DNA from: Desulfobacterales bacterium
GTDB lineage: Bacteria; Desulfobacterota; Desulfobacteria; Desulfobacterales; UBA5616
Direction of reading: 5' to 3'
DNA length: 21,143 bases
Assembly (NCBI GenBank): GCA_046483495.1
Contig: JAWODC010000019.1
Span: forward strand, 1-21,143
Part shown: one piece after another, positions 17,562-21,143 of the stretch
Layout: each line of letters opens with the position of its first letter
Position numbering within the stretch: the stretch's first letter is position 1
Program-made: the position numbers and the translations under genes
Notes under the pieces: model-generated
The model's database searches: none
What the model was told of the DNA's origin: nothing
What the model saw: only the letters and a program-made list of their open reading frames with translations

Positions 17562-18884
17562 CTATTTCTCCATAACCTCATAAATAATATCCCCCAAAAA
17601 TTTAATAGCCAACCCGACACCATAATGCCCGGTGACATCGTCGAGGCCGCTGTGGCAATTGTGGCAGGGGGCGATCAGGATGCGGGCGCCTTTCTTCTCG
17701 GCGGCGGATAATTGCCGGGCCTTGACCTCGCCGCTTTCGACGCGTTTATTCCTGAACGGCGGCCCGCAGTTGATAACCCCGCCGCCGGCGCCGCAGCAGT
17801 AGTTGAAACGCCTGTTCGGCTCAAGCTCGATAAAATGGTTGCAGGTCGCATGAATGATGCGCCGCATCTTTTCCTCCATGCCGGCTCCACGCACGATGTT
17901 GCAGGGGTCATGGAGGGTGACCGGCTGATCCAATTTCTTCTTCACCCGGATTTTCCCGGAGGCGAGCAGCTCATCGTAAAAATCGACGGCGTGCTGGACC
18001 GGAATGGGCGGCATTCGCCAGGCCAGCGCCCGGTTGCCCATATCGTATACGGAACGGAAAGCGTGGCCGCATTCGCCCATGACGATTTTCCTCACCCTCA
18101 GCCGGTGGGCGGTTTCAAAGTGGATGCGCTTGGACCGCGCCATGATTTCGTAATCCCCGCTGAACATGGCCATGTCGCTGTTGTCCCACCCCGGGGTGGC
18201 GGGGATGGTCCAGTCCAGTCCCGCCGAATGCATGATGACGGCCGCCTGGTAAATCAATTGGGCTTGAAATTTGGGCTCCGGGCCGATGACCGAGTACATG
18301 ATATCCGCCCCTTCCTTTTCGATGGGAATCCGCAGATCCGGAATTTCCGAACGCGCCTCCTCTTCCTGCCACTGGATCGTGTCGATCCACTCGTCCTCTT
18401 TGATCCACATCTGATTGTTGGCGGCGCTGTGGGAATGGACGGTATCCTGAATGTACCGGGGGGTCACACCGAGAATATGGCAAAATCGCCTGACCACGAG
18501 CATCAAATACGAAATGTCCAGTCCGAACGGACAGTACAGGGTACACCGCTTGCACAGGTTGCATTCCGTGTAGGCGATTTCAGCGGCCCTGCGAATAAAG
18601 GCGGCATCGACATCGCCTTTTTTTTTCATGATTTCCCAAACCGTCTGCTTGACCTTGCCGACCGGCGACCAGCGGGGATCCCCGTCATGGGAGAGATAAT
18701 AATGGCAGGATGCTGAACAGAGTCCGCAATGCACGCAGGCTTTGGCGTACATGTCGAACCGTGCGCCGACCTCCTCATGAAACACCTTTTTATAGGCGGC
18801 CCGAATCCGCTCACGGGTGAGTTTGGCGATCCCGCTGTCGAGCCCCTGGTCCGGTACCGCGTTCTCCGGAGCCGAATACCTCAT
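17562..18884 (-). CDS. tmcB: Tmc complex Fe-S subunit (HdrD/DsrK-like, CCG domains)
   Basis: CVHCGLCSASC and CNLCKRCTLYCP [4Fe-4S] motifs, plus GECGHA, HDPCN, CCGAGGG and PCHNC. GAGGAG SD. Confidence 0.9.
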   Translation of the reverse strand: MRYSAPENAVPDQGLDSGIAKLTRERIRAAYKKVFHEEVGARFDMYAKACVHCGLCSASCHYYLSHDGDPRWSPVGKVKQTVWEIMKKKGDVDAAFIRRAAEIAYTECNLCKRCTLYCPFGLDISYLMLVVRRFCHILGVTPRYIQDTVHSHSAANNQMWIKEDEWIDTIQWQEEEARSEIPDLRIPIEKEGADIMYSVIGPEPKFQAQLIYQAAVIMHSAGLDWTIPATPGWDNSDMAMFSGDYEIMARSKRIHFETAHRLRVRKIVMGECGHAFRSVYDMGNRALAWRMPPIPVQHAVDFYDELLASGKIRVKKKLDQPVTLHDPCNIVRGAGMEEKMRRIIHATCNHFIELEPNRRFNYCCGAGGGVINCGPPFRNKRVESGEVKARQLSAAEKKGARILIAPCHNCHSGLDDVTGHYGVGLAIKFLGDIIYEVMEK

Positions 18885-18896
18885 AACATCTCCTCG

Positions 18897-19574
18897 CTAC
18901 CAATCCTTCGAATGCCGAACGGCGCCGAATTCCGACCCCGTATAGGCACGGGTGAGGGGGAAAAAAAACATATGGCTCAGGCGGGTGAACGGGATCGCAA
19001 CCAGGAGAATTTCGCCTGAAAGAATGTGAAGCAGCATCCAGAACGGGTAATTGAGCCATTGAAACCATGCCAGCAATCCGGAGATAAACGGTGCTGACAC
19101 CAGCAGCAGAATGGCATAGTCGGACCATGTGGTGACATAACGAACATCCCGGCTCACGATCCGGCGGACGGAAAAGAATCCGAGGCATCCGATGACGGCA
19201 CCGGTCAGGTACAGCGCCACGCCCGGGGGAAGCGAGCGCCAGCCTATGCCCCAGGCCTGTTCCACCAGGACGATGTGGCCGGCGACGAAAAACGGCAATC
19301 CCAGCAGGCATATGTGGAAGACGAACGTAATGATCGTGAACAGGGGGCGCTGCCGCCAACCGGTCGCGGCAAACGGAATGAGCCAGTGGAAAATGGACCG
19401 AAGCGCGTATGTCCCGCTCATGTACGAATAGATGAACCGTTCCTTTTTATGGACGGACCACAGGACCCTGGTAATCCGGAAAAGGCTGCCGCCCACAAAA
19501 ACGACCGCCGCCAGCCAGAAGACCGGGCCGATGAGAACGTCGTATATGCGGGTTAAAGAGGGCATAAGATTCAT
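18897..19574 (-). CDS. tmcC: Tmc complex membrane cytochrome b (NarI/HdrE-like)
   Basis: Hydrophobic 225-aa protein with heme-ligand His patterns FHICL...GH and LHILSGEILLVAIPFTRLSH. Lies between tmcD and tmcB. Confidence 0.88.
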   Translation of the reverse strand: MNLMPSLTRIYDVLIGPVFWLAAVVFVGGSLFRITRVLWSVHKKERFIYSYMSGTYALRSIFHWLIPFAATGWRQRPLFTIITFVFHICLLGLPFFVAGHIVLVEQAWGIGWRSLPPGVALYLTGAVIGCLGFFSVRRIVSRDVRYVTTWSDYAILLLVSAPFISGLLAWFQWLNYPFWMLLHILSGEILLVAIPFTRLSHMFFFPLTRAYTGSEFGAVRHSKDW

Positions 19575-19619
19575 GCTGTTGTAATGTAAAACGTATCACG
19601 TAATCCGCGGTTTTTCCAG

Positions 19620-20843
19620 TCATATCCGCGTTACCTGCCGCCGATATCGGCCCCCTTCAAGGGTTCTGAGCAGGATCTTGCCGCCGTCCGGGCTGAACAC
19701 CGGGTCCCAGGCGAAGTCGCACGTACCGGTGAGGGGCCGGTCATCCAGCCAGACGGCGAATTTCCCCCGGTGCTTGACGCGGCATGCCACACGCCGGCTG
19801 TCCGGGTTGAAAACCGGCGGAAACATCACATCGAAAGCGCCGCACCGGTCAACGCCGTCCACCACGAGCCGCCATTCGCCCTTGTGCTTGGCCAGGGCGG
19901 CGATTTTCTTCCCGTCCGGACTGAAAACGGCATCCGTTACGAAATCCGTATACGTGCGCGGCCAGCAGTTGTCGTCAACGGCAATCGTCCACTTGCCGAA
20001 TTCCGGGGCTGCAATGGCGGCCGTCGTTTTGCCGTCCGGACTGTACACCTGGTGCCAGAGCTGGGCGTAACGGTTTTTCCAGGTGATCCGTCCGTTTTCA
20101 GCCAGGGTCCAGAGGGAACCGATTTTTACCGGTGCCGCAACGGTGCCGTTATGGGGGTGAAATACCGGTTCCCAGACAGCGTCGAACGTTCTATCCCAGG
20201 TTTTATCATCCACGGCGATGGTGTATTCGTGAGGGGAGATGCGGACATCGGCGGCGACATGCTCTCCACAGGGGCAGAAGCGGGGGGTGAACACATTGAT
20301 AAAGCGGGTGCCCCATGCCGTACCGTCGACCGCCACGGTGAAGATGCCCTGCTGAAAGGCATCGATGTCACCCTCGGCCGCTTCGGAGACCTGGACGCAT
20401 GCCGCCGTCCGGCCGCCGTTCGGGCTTATTTGAGGGCTCGACAGGTTTGCGAACCGGTTTTCCCAGGGCCGGTCATCCAACGCCATGCCGTAGGCCATGT
20501 CCGAGACGACGGCCGCACCGATGCGGCCGCCCTGCCGGCTGAAACAGGTGTTCCACACGTAATCGAACCCATGTGTCCATGGGATGCCGTCTACGAGGAC
20601 CGTCCATTGATTGCCGTCATAAGCGAGGGCGGTCAACCGGTTATCCGGTGAAAACCGCGGGTGCCAGATTTTTTCATAGCGGTTTTCCCAGAGCGTTCCG
20701 TTGACCCGGACGGCGAATTCATGCTCGCCCGTATTGACGATGCAGGCGATGGTCTCCCCGTCGGGGCCGGCGTGGGGCTCTTCGGTCCAGTTTACGCCTT
20801 CGGTTTCCAGGTCGATTGTTTTTTCGGTGGTTTCCCAGTCCAT
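19620..20843 (-). CDS. tmcD: Tmc complex Trp-rich beta-propeller-like subunit
   Basis: Repeated W.P.FSPDG...AA and WT(V/I)xVD..W units over 407 aa, in a tmc context. Confidence 0.85.
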   Translation of the reverse strand: MDWETTEKTIDLETEGVNWTEEPHAGPDGETIACIVNTGEHEFAVRVNGTLWENRYEKIWHPRFSPDNRLTALAYDGNQWTVLVDGIPWTHGFDYVWNTCFSRQGGRIGAAVVSDMAYGMALDDRPWENRFANLSSPQISPNGGRTAACVQVSEAAEGDIDAFQQGIFTVAVDGTAWGTRFINVFTPRFCPCGEHVAADVRISPHEYTIAVDDKTWDRTFDAVWEPVFHPHNGTVAAPVKIGSLWTLAENGRITWKNRYAQLWHQVYSPDGKTTAAIAAPEFGKWTIAVDDNCWPRTYTDFVTDAVFSPDGKKIAALAKHKGEWRLVVDGVDRCGAFDVMFPPVFNPDSRRVACRVKHRGKFAVWLDDRPLTGTCDFAWDPVFSPDGGKILLRTLEGGRYRRQVTRI

Positions 20844-20845
20844 TG

Positions 20846-20866
20846 TCGTGAATCGTTAATCGTAAA
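20846..20866. repeat. Three heptamers filling the gap before tmcD
   Basis: tcgtgaa tcgttaa tcgtaaa; same family as 16918-16938. Confidence 0.75.
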
Positions 20867-21043
20867 TCACTGCCTTTCCTTCCTTCGCTTCTCTTTATCA
20901 TGAAACCATATCGCGCAGGAAGGGCGAAACTTGCAATACAGTTCCGGGTCACGGCATTTGATGCATTCCTCGCACATGAACACGCCGTATTTCATGCATT
21001 CATAACTTGTTTCCCTGTCCGGGTGGTTGATGCATTTTCCCAT
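20867..21043 (-). CDS. 58-aa Cys-rich small protein (B-box/zinc-finger-like), missed by the ORF track
   Basis: MGKCINHPDRETSYECMKYGVFMCEECIKCRDPELYCKFRPSCAIWFHDKEKRRKERQ*. It has 7 Cys plus His in a C-x2-H-x8-C-x7-C-x2-C-x2-C-x6-C-x5-C pattern and ends 23 nt before tmcD. Confidence 0.8.
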   Translation of the reverse strand: MGKCINHPDRETSYECMKYGVFMCEECIKCRDPELYCKFRPSCAIWFHDKEKRRKERQ

Positions 21044-21050
21044 TTTACAT

Positions 21051-21142
21051 ACAGTGAACAGTGAACAGTGAACAGTGAACGGTCAGCGGATCGGGACGTT
21101 ATTCCCCCAGTGAACGGTCAGCGGATCGGGACGTTATCCCCC
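21051..21142. repeat. (ACAGTGA)4 heptamer array followed by a 35-bp tandem duplication
   Basis: Heptamers span 21051-21078. cagtgaacggtcagcggatcgggacgttat(t/c)cccc occurs at 21073-21107 and 21108-21142. Confidence 0.9.
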
Positions 21143-21143
21143 C

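Noticed and set aside
21073..21143. CRISPR array
   Set aside because: The repeats are directly adjacent with no spacer, only two copies are visible, and there are no cas genes in the window.
1..21143. tRNA, rRNA, known riboswitches, autonomous IS or prophage
   Set aside because: None was recognised by eye; an Infernal/Rfam and tRNAscan run would be needed to exclude them formally.

Overview
This looks like chromosomal DNA from an anaerobic Desulfobacterota-like organism, probably a sulfate reducer; this is inferred from a complete tmcD-tmcC-tmcB-tmcA cluster. Genes in order: a partial DUF559 (Vsr-like) endonuclease gene with an in-frame TGA, a class III aminotransferase, a long PiT phosphate transporter plus DUF47, a DUF1329 protein, a 4Fe-4S protein divergent from an acyl-CoA transferase and a TIGR03084-type protein, DUF523/DUF1722, a TIGR01777 epimerase-copZ-copA cluster, the Tmc complex, and a 58-aa Cys-rich ORF that the ORF track missed. 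The most striking signal is non-coding. Most intergenic regions carry members of a modular repeat system: 7-mer arrays abutting stop and start codons, 9-mer arrays, a 40-bp REP-like palindrome linked to the DUF559 gene, and a ~100-125 bp dispersed unit. These modules are nested into a ~645 bp palindromic insert inside the tmc operon. All family assignments come from motif recognition by eye; no searches were run.
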